64,000 nucleotides of DNA from Chiloscyllium plagiosum (lineage: Eukaryota): the NCBI RefSeq assembly GCF_004010195.1, contig NC_057718.1:13911001-13975000 (forward strand), in the 5' to 3' direction. The notes beneath the pieces are model-generated. The model saw only the letters and a program-made list of their open reading frames with translations. It did no database searches and was not told the origin of the DNA. Positions 1 through 11,889 of the stretch are shown here, in pieces. The stretch's first letter is position 1, and each line of letters starts with the position of its first letter. A program made the position numbers and the translations under genes.

Positions 1-343
1 AGGGTGGATGCTAGGAAATTGTTTCCATTAGGCGAGGAGACTAGGACCCGTGGGCACAGCCTTAGAATTAGAGGGGGTCAATTCAGAACAGAAATGCGGA
101 GACATTTCTTCAACCAGAGAGTGGTGGGCCTGTGGAATTCATTGCCGCAGAGTGCAGTGGAGGCCGGGACGCTAAATGTCTTCAAGGCAGAGATTGATAA
201 ATTCTTGATGTCACAAGGAATTAAGGGCTACGGGGAGAATGCGGGTATGTGGAGTTGAAATGCCCATCAGCCATGATTAAATGGCGGAGAGGACTCGATG
301 GGCCGAATGGCCTTACTTCCACTCCTATGTCTTATGGTCTTAT
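1..343 (+). mobile_element. 3' end of a CR1-clade LINE
   Basis: ORF2 C-terminus TRGHSLRIRGG..FFNQRVVGLWNSLP; tail with TCTTATG-type repeats. Confidence 0.9.
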
Positions 344-1622
344 AGTCTTATGTACTTCTTGTCAGATGTGGGAGTTTAAAGAGAGTTTAAGGGTTATTGC
401 AGATTGTATCTGCTATAAATGCTGTTGGCTGCAAATCTTATCAGATTGAATGCAAGGGTTGGATAGACAGTTAGAAGCAATGAGGAATTTGCAACAGCAA
501 CAGTATGTGATGGATGGCAGTTATAGGAAGGAGGAAAGTCTTAGATACAGTCACATAGATGGGTTAACTCCAGGAAAGGTATGTGAGGTAGGCACCTAGG
601 GCAGGAATCTTTTCTGGATATACTCATTTCAAACAGGTATGCTGTTGTGGAAAATGTAGGGGGTGATGGATTCTCAGGGGAACATAGCACGAACAGCCAA
701 GTATCTGGTATTGAGACTGGCTCTAATCCAACGAGGGGTACATCGGCTTCCAAGAGATCAATTGTGTTAGGGGGTTCTCTAGTCCGAGGTACAGACAGAT
801 GTTTCTGTGGCCAGCAGTAAAAAAGCAGAATGGTGTGTTGCTTCCCTGGTGTCTAGATCAAGGATGTCTCAGAGAGGGTGTAGAATGTTCTCATGTGGGA
901 GAGGGGCCAGCAAGAGGTCATTGTCCACATTGTAACCAACGACATGGGAAGGGAAAAGGTTGAGATTCTGAAGGGAGATGACAGAGAGTTAGGCGGAAAT
1001 TTAAAAAGGAGGTCCTGGAGAGTAAAATCGGGATTACTCCCAGTGCTACGAGCTAGTGAGGGCAGGAATAGGAGGATAGAGCAGGTGAATGCAAAGCTGA
1101 GGAGTTGGTGTATGGGGGAAGGATTCATATTTTTGGATCATTGGAATCTCTTTTGGGGTAGAAGTGACCTGTACAAGAAGGACAGATTGCACTTAAATTG
1201 GAAGGGGACTAATATACTGGCAGGGAGATTTGCTGGAGCTGCTCGGGAGGATTTAAACTAGTAAGGTGGGGGGGCACCCAGGAAGATAGTGAGGAAAGAG
1301 ATCAATCTGAGACTGGTACAGTTGAGAACAGAAGAGAGTCAAACAGTCAGGGACAAGGTAGGACTAATAAATTAAACTGCATTTATTTCAATGCAAGGGG
1401 CCTAACAGGGAAAGCAGATGAACTCAGGTTAGAAACATGGGACTGGGATATCATAGCAATTACAGAAACATGGCTCAGGGATGGGCAGGACTGGCAGCTT
1501 AATGTTCCAGGATACAAATGCTACAGGAAGGATAGAATGGGAGGTAAGAGAGGAGGGGGGAGTGGCATTTTTGATAAGAGATAGCATTACAGCTATGCTG
1601 AGGGAGGATATTCCCGGAAATA

Positions 1623-2130
1623 NNNNNNNNNNNNNNNNNNNNNNNNNNNNNNNNNNNNNNNNNNNNNNNNNNNNNNNNNNNNNNNNNNNNNNNNNNNNNN
1701 NNNNNNNNNNNNNNNNNNNNNNNNNNNNNNNNNNNNNNNNNNNNNNNNNNNNNNNNNNNNNNNNNNNNNNNNNNNNNNNNNNNNNNNNNNNNNNNNNNNN
1801 NNNNNNNNNNNNNNNNNNNNNNNNNNNNNNNNNNNNNNNNNNNNNNNNNNNNNNNNNNNNNNNNNNNNNNNNNNNNNNNNNNNNNNNNNNNNNNNNNNNN
1901 NNNNNNNNNNNNNNNNNNNNNNNNNNNNNNNNNNNNNNNNNNNNNNNNNNNNNNNNNNNNNNNNNNNNNNNNNNNNNNNNNNNNNNNNNNNNNNNNNNNN
2001 NNNNNNNNNNNNNNNNNNNNNNNNNNNNNNNNNNNNNNNNNNNNNNNNNNNNNNNNNNNNNNNNNNNNNNNNNNNNNNNNNNNNNNNNNNNNNNNNNNNN
2101 NNNNNNNNNNNNNNNNNNNNNNNNNNNNNN
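1623..2130. other. Assembly gap (further gaps at 24472-24523 and 39717-40489)
   Basis: Runs of N, each inside or beside a repeat. Confidence 1.
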
Positions 2131-2795
2131 TGTAAGGATAGATCGAGTGAATTCTTAGAAGAGTATAAAGGAAGTAGGAGTATACTTAAGAGGGAAATCA
2201 GGAGGGCAAAAAGGGGACATGAGATAGCTTTGGCAAATAGAATTAAGGAAAGTCCAAAGGGTTTTTACAAATACATTAAGGACAAAAGGGTAGCTAGGGA
2301 GAGAATAGGGCCCTTCAAAGATCAGGATATTGTGTGGAGCTGCAGAAAATGGGGGAGATACTAAATGAGTATTTTGCATCAGTATTCACTGTGGAAAAGG
2401 ATATGGAAGACATAGACTGTAGGAAAATAGATGGTGACATCTTGCAAAATGTCCATATTACAGAGGAGGAAGTGCTGGATGTATTGAAACAGGTAAAGGT
2501 GGATAAATCCCCAGGACCTGATCAGGTGTACCCTAGAACTCTGTGGGAAGCTAGAGAAGTGATTGCAGGGGCTCTTGCTGAGATATTTGTATCATCGATA
2601 GTCACAGGTGCCGGAAGACTGGAGGTTGGCTAACATGGTGCCACTGTTTAAGAAGGCGGTAAAGACAAACCAGGGAACTATAGACCAGCGAGCCTGACGT
2701 CGGTGGTGGGCAAGCTGTTGGAGGGAGTCCTAAGGGACAGGATGTGCATGTACTTGGAAAGGCAAGGACTGATTAGGGATGGTCAACATGGCTTT

Positions 2796-2997
2796 GTCAT
2801 AGAGATGTACAGCATGGAAACAGACCCTTTGGTCCAACCTGTCCATGCCGACCAGATATCCCAACCCAATCTAGTCCCACCTGCCAGCACCCATATCCCT
2901 TCAAACCCTTCCTATTCATATACCCATCCAAATGCCTCTTAAATGTTGCAATTGTACCAGCCTCCACCACATCCTCTGGCAGCTCATTCCATACACG
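2796..2997 (-). mobile_element. Antisense CR1 3'-end fragment nested within a CR1 of the same family
   Basis: Reverse complement matches ~3985-4200; it interrupts the host RT at QHGFV|xGKSCLTNL. Confidence 0.85.
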
Positions 2998-4504
2998 TGT
3001 GTGGGAAGTCATGTCTCACAAACTTGATTATGTTATTTTGAGGAAGTAACAAAGAGGATTGATGAGGACAGAGCGGTAGATGTGATCTATATGGACTTCA
3101 GTAAGGTGTTCGTCAAGGTTCCCAATGGGAGACTGATTAGCAAGGTTAGATCTCACGGAATACAGGGAGAACTAGCCATTTGGATACAGAACTGGCTCAA
3201 AGGTAGAAGACAGAGGGTGGTGGTGGAGGTTTGTTTTTCAGACTGGAGGCCTGTGACCAGTGGAGTGCCACAAGGATTGGTGATAGGCCCTCTACTTTTT
3301 GTCATTTACATAAATGATTTGGATGCGAGCATGAGAGGTTCAGTTAGTAAGTTTGCAGATGACACCAAATTTGGAGGGGTAGTGGACAGCGAAGAGGGTT
3401 ACCTCATATTACAACGGGATCTTGACCAGATGGGCCAATGGGCTGAGAAGTGGCAGATGGAGTTTAATTCAGATAAATGTGAGGTGCTGCATTTTGGGAA
3501 AGCAAATCTTAGCAGGACTTTATACACTTAATGGTAAGGTCCTGGAGAGTATTGCTGAACAGAGAGACCTTTGAGTGCAGGTTCATAGCTCCTTGAAATT
3601 GGAGTCGCAGGTAGATAGGATAGTGAAGAAGGCGTTTGGTATGCTTTCATTTGTTGGTCAGAGTATTGAGTACAGGAGTTGGGAGGTCATGTTGCGGCTG
3701 TACAGGACATTGGTTAGGCCACTGTTAGAATATCGCGTGCAATTCTGGTCTCCTTCCTATTGGAAAAGTGTTCTGAAACTTGAAAAGGTTGTTTTCCCTG
3801 GAGTGTCAGAGGTTGAGGGATGACTTTATAGAGGTTTACAAAATTATGAGGGGCATAGATAGGATAAATAAACAAAGTCTTTTCTCTGGGGTTCGAGAGT
3901 GCAGAACTAGACAGCATAAGTTTAGGGTGAGAGGGGAAAGATATAAAAGAGACCTACGGGGCAACTTTTTCACACAGCGGGTGGTACGTGCATGGAATGA
4001 GCTGCCAGAGGAAGTGGTGGAGGCTGGTACAATTGCAACATTTAAGAGGCATTTGGATGGGTATACGAATAGGAAGGGTTTGGAGGGATATGGGCCAGGT
4101 GCTGGCAGGTGGGACTAGATTGGGTTGGGATAGCTGGTTGGCATGGATGGGTTGGACCAAAGGGTCTGTTTCCATGCTGTACATCTCTATGACTCTATGA
4201 CATGCACAATGGAATGCACATGACAGAGTCACTATTTCCAACTAGGATTGAGGTGATTAGGACATATTTCTATTCTTTCATGGGTTGAGGTCTTTCTGGC
4301 ATTTGTTGCCCATCCCTACTTCACTTTGAACTGAGTGGCCTGTTGAGCCATTTGAGAGGTAGATTCAAGTCACAAACATTACTATGAAGCTAGAGTCACA
4401 TGCAGGCCATGTCAGGTAAGGTGACTGTGGAAGGAGGGATGGAGATGGGGCAAAGGAAATTTGAAGATAACAAGAAAGATGGCCAAAGATGAGGAGAAGG
4501 AAGG

Positions 4505-4621
4505 CCAGAGACGGGGAGGTGGAGGGTCAGAGACGTGGAGGGGGAGGGTCAGAGACGTGGAGGGGGAGGGTCAGAGACGTGGAGGGGGAGGGTCAGAGAC
4601 GGGGAGGGGGAGGGTCAGAGA
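4505..4621. repeat. G-rich minisatellite, 22-bp unit GGAGGGTCAGAGACGTGGAGGG, about 5 copies
   Basis: 22-bp period visible by direct reading. Confidence 0.92.
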
Positions 4622-5176
4622 TAGTGAAACTAGATTCAAAGATGCTACAGCCACTGTAACCTGCTCAAGAGCTAGACAGGAGCCAGTCACTCAAAGATAC
4701 TCCTGGTGGCCGACACAGAGAAACTGTGAAAATGGGGGTAAAAACCACCTTACTGGGGAAATCAATATCATTTTGGAGAAGAAAGACAGCTTATTAAGGT
4801 TGTGCCATCATATGGGTTGGTTGTGAAGCTATGATGGGTTCTATAGTGCTCACATTGTAAATGACAAGGGAGAACAAAACCAAGCACAGAAGAATGACTG
4901 GATCAGCAAAGCCAGAGATAGGAACCATTCAAGTTTTAAGGGTAGATCCTTTTGTTCCTTGTTTCTAAATATTCATACAGCCTGGCATTTTTTGAAGTTT
5001 ACAATCTATGACTGTGACGTAAGCTGTTTTCAACCGCTTTTCATGTGAGAAACAGGGAAGCAGCAAGTAGAAATCACTCCCAGTGAATCAATTAAGGTCG
5101 AAATAAGACACCACACAAACAGAAATGTATAGAAGATCAATACTGTTATCTCAGTGAGTGTAGTTGGAGCTATTAC

Positions 5177-5272
5177 CTCTCTCTGGATGTAGTCTATCAG
5201 ATTCTGCAGGTCAATGTCATCCCTGTAATGGACAATGGCTTTCTTGATAAATTTACTCACTGTGTCTTCAGC
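5177..5272 (-). CDS. TSPAN33-like: TSPAN33-like coding exon 5: AEDTVSKFIKKAIVHYRDDIDLQNLIDYIQRE (start of large extracellular loop)
   Basis: 96-nt exon, ttgtag|GCT...GAG|gtaata; TspanC8 motif AIVHYRDDxDLQNLID. I found no CCG-bearing exon downstream inside the window. Confidence 0.96.
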
Positions 5273-5384
5273 CTACAAGGAGGGTACAAGGTCAAGATCA
5301 GATTGATGAAAGAAAGTACAATGAAACAGTGCATTCAAAGTTGGTGCAGGTTTATGTCGATGTGCCTTTGATTCTAAAAAGCAG

Positions 5385-6547
5385 CAATTCCAATTATTTC
5401 TGCTGTGATGAGGATGAGCACCTTGCCAAGACCTTACCCATGCCACCACTTCTGGCCTTTAAACAACCGCCAAACCTCAAACAAATCATTGTTCATAGCA
5501 AACTGCCCAGCTTTCAGGACAACACCGCACAACCCTGTCATGGCAACCACGGCAAGACGTGTTAGAGTGTCGACATGGATACCACCATTACACATGGGGA
5601 TGCCTCCCACCATTTATACGGCAGGTACTCATGTGACTTGGCCAATGTTGTCTATCTCATATGCTGGAGGCAAGGATGCCCTGAGGCATGGTACATTGGC
5701 AAGACCGAGCAGAGACTACAGCAATGAAAGAATGGACACCACTCAACAATCATCAGACAGGAGTATTCCCTCCCAGTCAGAGAACACTTCAGAGGTCTGG
5801 GACATTTGGCCTTGGACCTTCAGGTGGCCATCTTCCAAGGCAGACTTCGGGACAGGCAACAATGCAAAGTGGCCGAGCAGAGGCTGATAGCCAAGTTCAG
5901 TACCCGTGGGGGATGGCCTCAATTGGGACTTTGGGTCCATGACACACTACAGTTGACCCCACTGCACTACACACTCCTTCTCTCTCTCTCTTACACAAAC
6001 ACACGCACATACACACACACATTCTCACACACTCACATCACACCCTCCCCACACACGCACACACACACACATAAGTGAATGAAGTTTGTGGAGTGAATTT
6101 GTACTTGCAGAATTACATTTTATTTTGCTCAAAAACTGCATGAATCCATGTAAGATTCTGAAAATTTCTTTTTTAGAAACAGAATCAGTCTGATCATTGG
6201 GGCACAGACAGACAGACTTTAACCTCACACTTTCAATGCATTATCTGAGCTGACATGGCTGTGATTGTTAAATTTCACTTGAGAATGCAACTTTTAAAAA
6301 AATGTTCTGGGGTTTACACGCGAAAGAACTCAAAGCAACATGGTCATTCTAAAAGATGACAGATTAACAAACATTCCAAGTATTTTTCAATATATTATTT
6401 CAGTTGCATCACACTGCAAACGTTTGCTATAAATTCTGTGTCTTATGATTTTATAGTCCACAACCAAGTGAAGGAGCAGCCCTCCGAAAGCTAGTGCTTC
6501 CAAGTAAATCTGTTGGACTATAACCTGGTGTTGTGTGATTTTTAACT
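5385..6547 (+). mobile_element. Penelope-like element 3' portion (GIY-YIG endonuclease, internal (CA)n, terminal repeat)
   Basis: AFKQPPNLKQIIVHSKL...PCHGNHGKTC...YIGKTEQRL...PVREHF; degenerate hammerhead-like motif at ~6467-6496. Confidence 0.8.
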
Positions 6548-6549
6548 AA

Positions 6550-6825
6550 GGGCGGCATGATGGCTCACAGCACCAGGGTCCCAGATTTGATTCCAACCTC
6601 GGGCAACTGGCTGTGTGGAGTTTGCACATTCTGCCCGTGTCTGCGTGGGTTTCCTCCCACAGTCCAAAGATGTGCGGGTCAGGTGAATTGGCCGTGCTAA
6701 ATTACCCATACTGTTAGGTGCATTAGTCAGAGGGAAATGGGTCTGGATGGGTTACTCTTCAGAGGGTTGGTGTGGACTTGTTGGGCCGAAGGGCCTGTTT
6801 CCACATTGTAGGGAATCTAATCTAA
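6550..6825 (+). mobile_element. HE1-like tRNA-derived V-SINE
   Basis: tRNA-like head, CTGTGTGGAGTTTGCACATTCT core, (TCTAA)n tail. Confidence 0.85.
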
Positions 6826-7127
6826 TTTTATTTCTGCTGCAGCTTCTTCAGCTGCTCCAGCTGACTGGGACTTCTGCAGCTTCAACTCAGTGCACAACAT
6901 CAGCTGATTCAACAGAGGGGGCGGGGGGGATTCTCAGCTCTGAGACAGAATGTCATGGATTCAAGGCCCGTACCAGAAACTAAACCACATAACTTACCTG
7001 ACATTGTCAGTGTAATGCTCTTGAGAATACTACACTGTCAGAAGTGTCAGTGGTCAGTTTAGCTCAGATGGGTGGATGGTTGATATGCAATGCAAGTCAC
7101 TCCAACAGCACAGGTTCAATTCCTGCA

Positions 7128-7575
7128 CCATAGAGATGTACAGCACAGAAACAGACCCTTCGGCCCAACTTGTCCATGCTGACCAGATATCCCAACCCAA
7201 TCAAGTCCCACCTGCCAGCACCTGGCCCATATCCCTCCAAACCCTTCCTATTCATATACCCATCCAAATGCCTTTTAAATATTGCAATTGTACTAGGCTC
7301 CACCACATCCTCTGGAAACTCATTCCATGCACGGATCACCCTCTGTGTGGAAAAAGTTGCTCATTAGGTCTCTTTTATATATTTCCCCTCTCACCCTAAA
7401 CCTATTCCCCCCAGTTCTGGACTCCCACCCCCGGGAGAAGACTTTGTCTATTTATCCTATCCATGCCTCTCGTGATTTTATAAATCTCTATAAGGTCATC
7501 CCTCAGCCTTCGATGCTCCAGGGAAAACAGCCCCAACCTATTCAACCTCTCCCTATAGCTCAAATCCTCCAACCA
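7128..7575 (-). mobile_element. CR1 LINE 3' fragment
   Basis: LSYRERLNRLGLFSLEHRRLR; AWNEFPEDVV; CTCTATG tail. Confidence 0.9.
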
Positions 7576-7885
7576 AAGGTCAATAAGAAGGACTCTCCTT
7601 CTCAACCTTTCCCATCACCTGAGGCATGGTGACCACCCTTCATCTCTTGGCACAACATCGTGGGCTGAAGGGCCTGTGCTGTGCTGTACTTTTCTATGTT
7701 CTAAGTGTTATCTTTTAGTTGAGACTAAATTGCTTGCAACGTTTAATACATTTATCGGTGTAATCTGTGACACCAAGGCATACAAGGTTTTGGCCAAGTG
7801 CTGGAAAATAGTATTAGAATAGTTAGGTTTTTGTTTTTGCCTGGCACGGACTCGATGGGCTGAAGGACCTTTTCCTGTGCTGTAA

Positions 7886-8419
7886 GCCACTATTACTACT
7901 GCAGTGATTGTAACAAGGGCAGCCAGGTGGACCCCAAAGAATATGAGTTCCTTGATTGGGGCTGTTAATCTGGTCCAATCAGGAAGCCCTGGCTGACAGA
8001 TATAAACAGGAGTGTCAGCCTGAAGGGCAGTGTTTGTCACTGGCCACCCGGGTGTTTTCCTATCTTCCTGGTGGTGGAAATTGAATAAAGATTCGTGCAC
8101 TTTGTGTCTTCCACTGTGTCTCACACCTGCACACACACACCATGGGTGCTGGGGATAAAATAAGCACGACCGCACTTAGGTGGTAATGTGGGGGGTAAAA
8201 GAAAAAAAAAAGAAGAAAAAAAAATATAAACAGGAGAACTACCGCACTTAGGTGGTAGTGTGGGGGTTAAATAAGACAAAAAAATAAAAAAATAAAAAAA
8301 AAATAAACAGGAGTGTCAGAGTTCTGTTCACTCTGAGGAAGCTGGACCAGTGTCAAGTCCTGTGCTTGTGTAAATAAAGGGTGACTTGCTGAGATACCAG
8401 CCTCTGTGGAGTTATTTCA
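7886..8419 (+). mobile_element. Solo LTR-like element interrupted at its TATA box
   Basis: Inverted CCAAT pair (TGATTGG..CCAATCA), TATAAA, AATAAA, ends TTATTTCA; homologous copy at 34553-34842. Left boundary is approximate. Confidence 0.65.
8019..8302 (+). mobile_element. Two stacked copies of a poly(A)-tailed non-LTR retroposon 3' end (L1/Tx1-type insertion hallmarks)
   Basis: 17-bp direct repeat ATAAACAGGAGTGTCAG at 8002-8018 and 8303-8319; internal ATATAAACAGGAG at ~8224; two A-rich tails. Confidence 0.8.
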
Positions 8420-8969
8420 ACTATGACTATGAGTTTTTGCCTATCGCCCTCAGCAACGTTCTCCAAGCTGCTTGGCTCTGCCTATACAGAGGCCCTCTGA
8501 TATTCCATGTACGGTGAACGCACATTGACACCCCAATTGAGCATAGAATTCCAGATCCCAAAACCACTGATGTGCACAGGCCTTGGAAACCTCTGTGGCC
8601 AGTAAGAAAATTAAAGAGAAAGTTATGCCATGATTCTGTTTTGAAGAGCAGGAGAGTTACAAGGGAAGACCAATACATTAGATGTAATCTTCCTCCTCCC
8701 TTCCCTCCAGCCATTAAATTAGTTTGTATCATTATATTCCTCCTGAGGGATGTCAGGAGACTCCTCTTGTTCTTTGAATTAAGTTTTTGGATCTCAATGT
8801 ATGGTTTAATGTCTCATCCAAAACATGGCATATCCAGCAATGTAGCACTGCCTCAGTGCTGCGTAGATGTGTCATCTTAGAATAAGTGCTCAAGTCCAGA
8901 AATGTATTTTGGTTCCTCCAACTCTGAGGTTTGTTTGCAGTGTGCTGAGTTAGAGAAAAAAATAAAATA

Positions 8970-9460
8970 TTTCCAAATCAGGTTTACCAGACTAATTCCT
9001 GGGCTGGCATGACGAAGGATGAAGAGAGACCAGATTGATTAGGTTCACTGAAGGTTAGAAGAATGAATGGGGGATTCTCATAGAAATCTGTAAAAATGCA
9101 TCCGGACTAGGCAGGGTAAATGCAGGAAATATGTTCCTGATGACCAGAGAGCCCAGAACCAGGGGTTACAGTTTAGGGATACAGGGTTGGTCATTTAGGA
9201 CTGGGACGAGGAGAAATTTCTTCACCCAGAGAATGGGGAGCCAGTGGAATTTGCTACCACAGAATGCAGTTGATGTCAAAACATTGAATGTTTTCAAGAA
9301 GGAGTTGATATAGTTCTTAGGGCTAAAGGGACCAAACGATATGGGGAGAAAGTGGGAACAGGGGACTGAACTGAATGATCGGCCATGATTATATTGAATG
9401 GGTACAGTAGGCTTGAAGGGCCGAATGGCTTCCCGGCCCTCCTATTTTCTAAGTTTCTTT
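8970..9460 (+). mobile_element. Decayed CR1 3' fragment
   Basis: RTRGYSL...NFFTQR..WNLLPQ. Confidence 0.8.
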
Positions 9461-10461
9461 GCTAGGTCCAAGCAGCTGTTTCAGGTGGTTGAGGCTGCCA
9501 TACCTCAGTACTTCACTGAATTGCCATCCTAGAGTGCGTAGATAAAGCCCAGAATAGGACTGAACCTTCAACTCACTGGCTTACACGTGAGAGCATGCAG
9601 TGAACTGGTACCAGTTGATACCTGGTATAAAACACCAAGGTTAGCAGCTTTCAGCCGTGCACCCATCCAGGGATTCCTGCTGAAAGTATATTTATGTGCC
9701 GAGGACTGACTTCTGCTGTGATAGCCCCACATGCAGCACTGCATCAGTACTCATTCTATATAAGGTCAATGTTTTCCTTAGTTGTTGTTTGGTCTGATCA
9801 CAAGATGACTCATCATATAGAACTGAAATACTTAGAACTTGCAAAACAGGAACGGGTCGATTCCCCAAGAGATCTATACTGGTGCTTATGCTCCCTCTTT
9901 ATGCTTTCAATCACTATTTCATCTAACATTATCTTCTTCTCGCTTCTTCAGTTTCCCAGTAAATGCATCTATATTATTCTCTCTAGCCACTCACTGTGGT
10001 AATGGGTCCACATTCTAACCACTTTCTGGGCAAAGACATTTCTCCAGAATTTGCCATCTCACTTATCAATGACCACCCCTAGTTGTGGACTCACCCTCAA
10101 GTGGAAACATCGTCTGCACATTTACCCTTGATAACATTTTAAAACCCACCTCAGCCTTCTCTTTTCTAAAGAATGCCTGACTTTTCAATCTTCTGTCAAT
10201 TATAGATTGTAAAAGAATCAGGAAAGACACAATTTTGGTCAAAAGCTTAGTATGATGAAACAAAACTATAAGACCTCTTTATCAGATGAGAGCTGAGGCA
10301 GAATAAAGATTGAGCATGAGATTTTACACAGAGAACGTGAGGCATGGAATACAGTGCTATGGAACTCAAAGGCACTCAGAAAACCTTTGACTGCCCATAT
10401 AAGTCAGTCCACCCCTGGATTTGGGATGGACACACTATTTTCTTGTACCCTCTGGATGTAC

Positions 10462-10536
10462 CTTGTCTGAGTAGACAAATCCCAGGACTCCAACCGCCAA
10501 CTGTACCAAGAATAGGATGGTCAAGCTCACCGAAAA
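10462..10536 (-). CDS. TSPAN33-like: TSPAN33-like coding exon 4: FSVSLTILFLVQLAVGVLGFVYSDK (TM3)
   Basis: 75-nt exon, tcacag|TTT...AAG|gtacat; resembles TSPAN33 TM3 ending GFVFSDK. Confidence 0.95.
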
Positions 10537-10849
10537 CTGTGAAGAAAATAAGCCAAAACAAAGCCATGTTTGTAATAGAACAATGAGAGCAGCATTGACT
10601 ATTGTTAAGGCAGGTGACTTATTAATCTCTTAGGTGTCCTCATACACCCGCAGTTTAACAGCTACTGAGAGGCCTTGTGGAGAATTATAGAGCTGGCTTT
10701 GAAAGTTATGTTATCTGCAATGAATTAGACAACTGCGGGATTTTAAATTGTCACTCATTATGGGGCACATGTTAGTGTTATTCAGAAAAAAAAAATCCTC
10801 TATCGTGTATTGAAACATTGATCTTGAAATCTTCCCTTTCTGCTGGTTG

Positions 10850-11310
10850 GGGGATAATGGAATGTAGGCTTTTAATTTCAAAGGGTATGGAGAATAAAAA
10901 CAGGAGGTTTTGCTAAAACAATGCAAGGCATTAGTCAGACCACAAGTCAAACACCATGCACAGTTTTGGTCCCCTTATCTAAGGAAAGATATACTGGTAT
11001 TGGAAACATTCCATACAAGGTTCACTTGGTTTATTCTGGGAACAGAGGGGTTTTTAATGAGGAAAGGTTGGGCTTGTACTCATTGGAGTTAAGAAGAATG
11101 AGTGGAGACCTTATTGTAACATGTAAGATTCTTAGGGGACTTGATAGACTAGATACTGAGAGGTTGTTTCCCTTTGTGGAAGATTCTGAAACCAGAGTGT
11201 CTGAGAATAAGAGATCGCTCATTTAAGGCAGAGGTGAGAAGGAATTTCTTTTCTCTCTGAGGGTAGTGAATCTGTGGGATTCTTTACCACAGAGGGCTGG
11301 TAAGGTTGGA
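10850..11310 (+). mobile_element. Decayed CR1 fragment
   Basis: ALVRPQV..QFWSPYLRKDI; RLGLYSLELRRM. Confidence 0.8.
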
Positions 11311-11889
11311 ATCATTTATATCCACCCAAAAGGTCACTTTGATGCCTCATCTGAAAAACAGCAGTTTAGAGAAGAAAGACAGCAGTTTAGAGAAGAAAGC
11401 TGCTATGTTGGGTGAATAAGGCCACGATGCCTTGGTACTGCACTAAAATGCTAGCCTGGGATGTGAATATAAAGCCCAGGTTAGGATTGAACCAGCAACT
11501 CACTGATATACAAGTGCGAGCATACAATGAATTGGTGCAAGCTGACTCCTATAAAATACCAAGAATAACAGCTATCAACCAGAGTTCCAATCTAGGGATT
11601 CCTGTTGATGATACATTTGTGCACAGAGGATTGAACTCTGCCATATTTGCCCCACATGCAAATACTTTGTCAATGATATACTCCAAATTCTCCCATCAGA
11701 CAGAACCGTGAGGTTCTGAAGAGTGCTTGCAACCTGTTGGCTCGCATCTTTGCCCGAGTTAAATCCTTCAGAAGGAAAATATAGTGAATGGTACAAAAAA
11801 AACAAAAGTAAAAAGGGCATCAAGGAGTGTTCTGCAAACTTAGCAGGTAGTGTGTTTATCTGTGTAGTTGCACACTAGACCAGTCTGTA

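Larger units (their letters stand above)
344..4199 (+). mobile_element. Long, decayed CR1-clade LINE (ORF1 Zn-finger plus SGNH esterase; ORF2 APE plus RT), spanning an N gap
   Basis: CTSCQMW...CYKC; WNLFWGRSDLYKKDRLHLN (SGNH-type); [33 protein letters not shown] tail; multiple frameshifts. Confidence 0.92.

Noticed and set aside
4461..4826. Gly/Arg-rich ORF and CRISPR-like periodicity
   Set aside because: Plain 22-bp tandem repeat with no unique spacers, in vertebrate DNA.
5030..5176. Hydrophobic continuation of the ORF after tetraspanin exon 5 as TM4
   Set aside because: It reads through the GT donor into intron and lacks the CCG motif of the large extracellular loop.
11358..11399. Perfect 21-bp tandem duplication (similar small ones near 35556-35598 and 24591-24620)
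   Set aside because: Ordinary slippage duplications inside decayed repeats.
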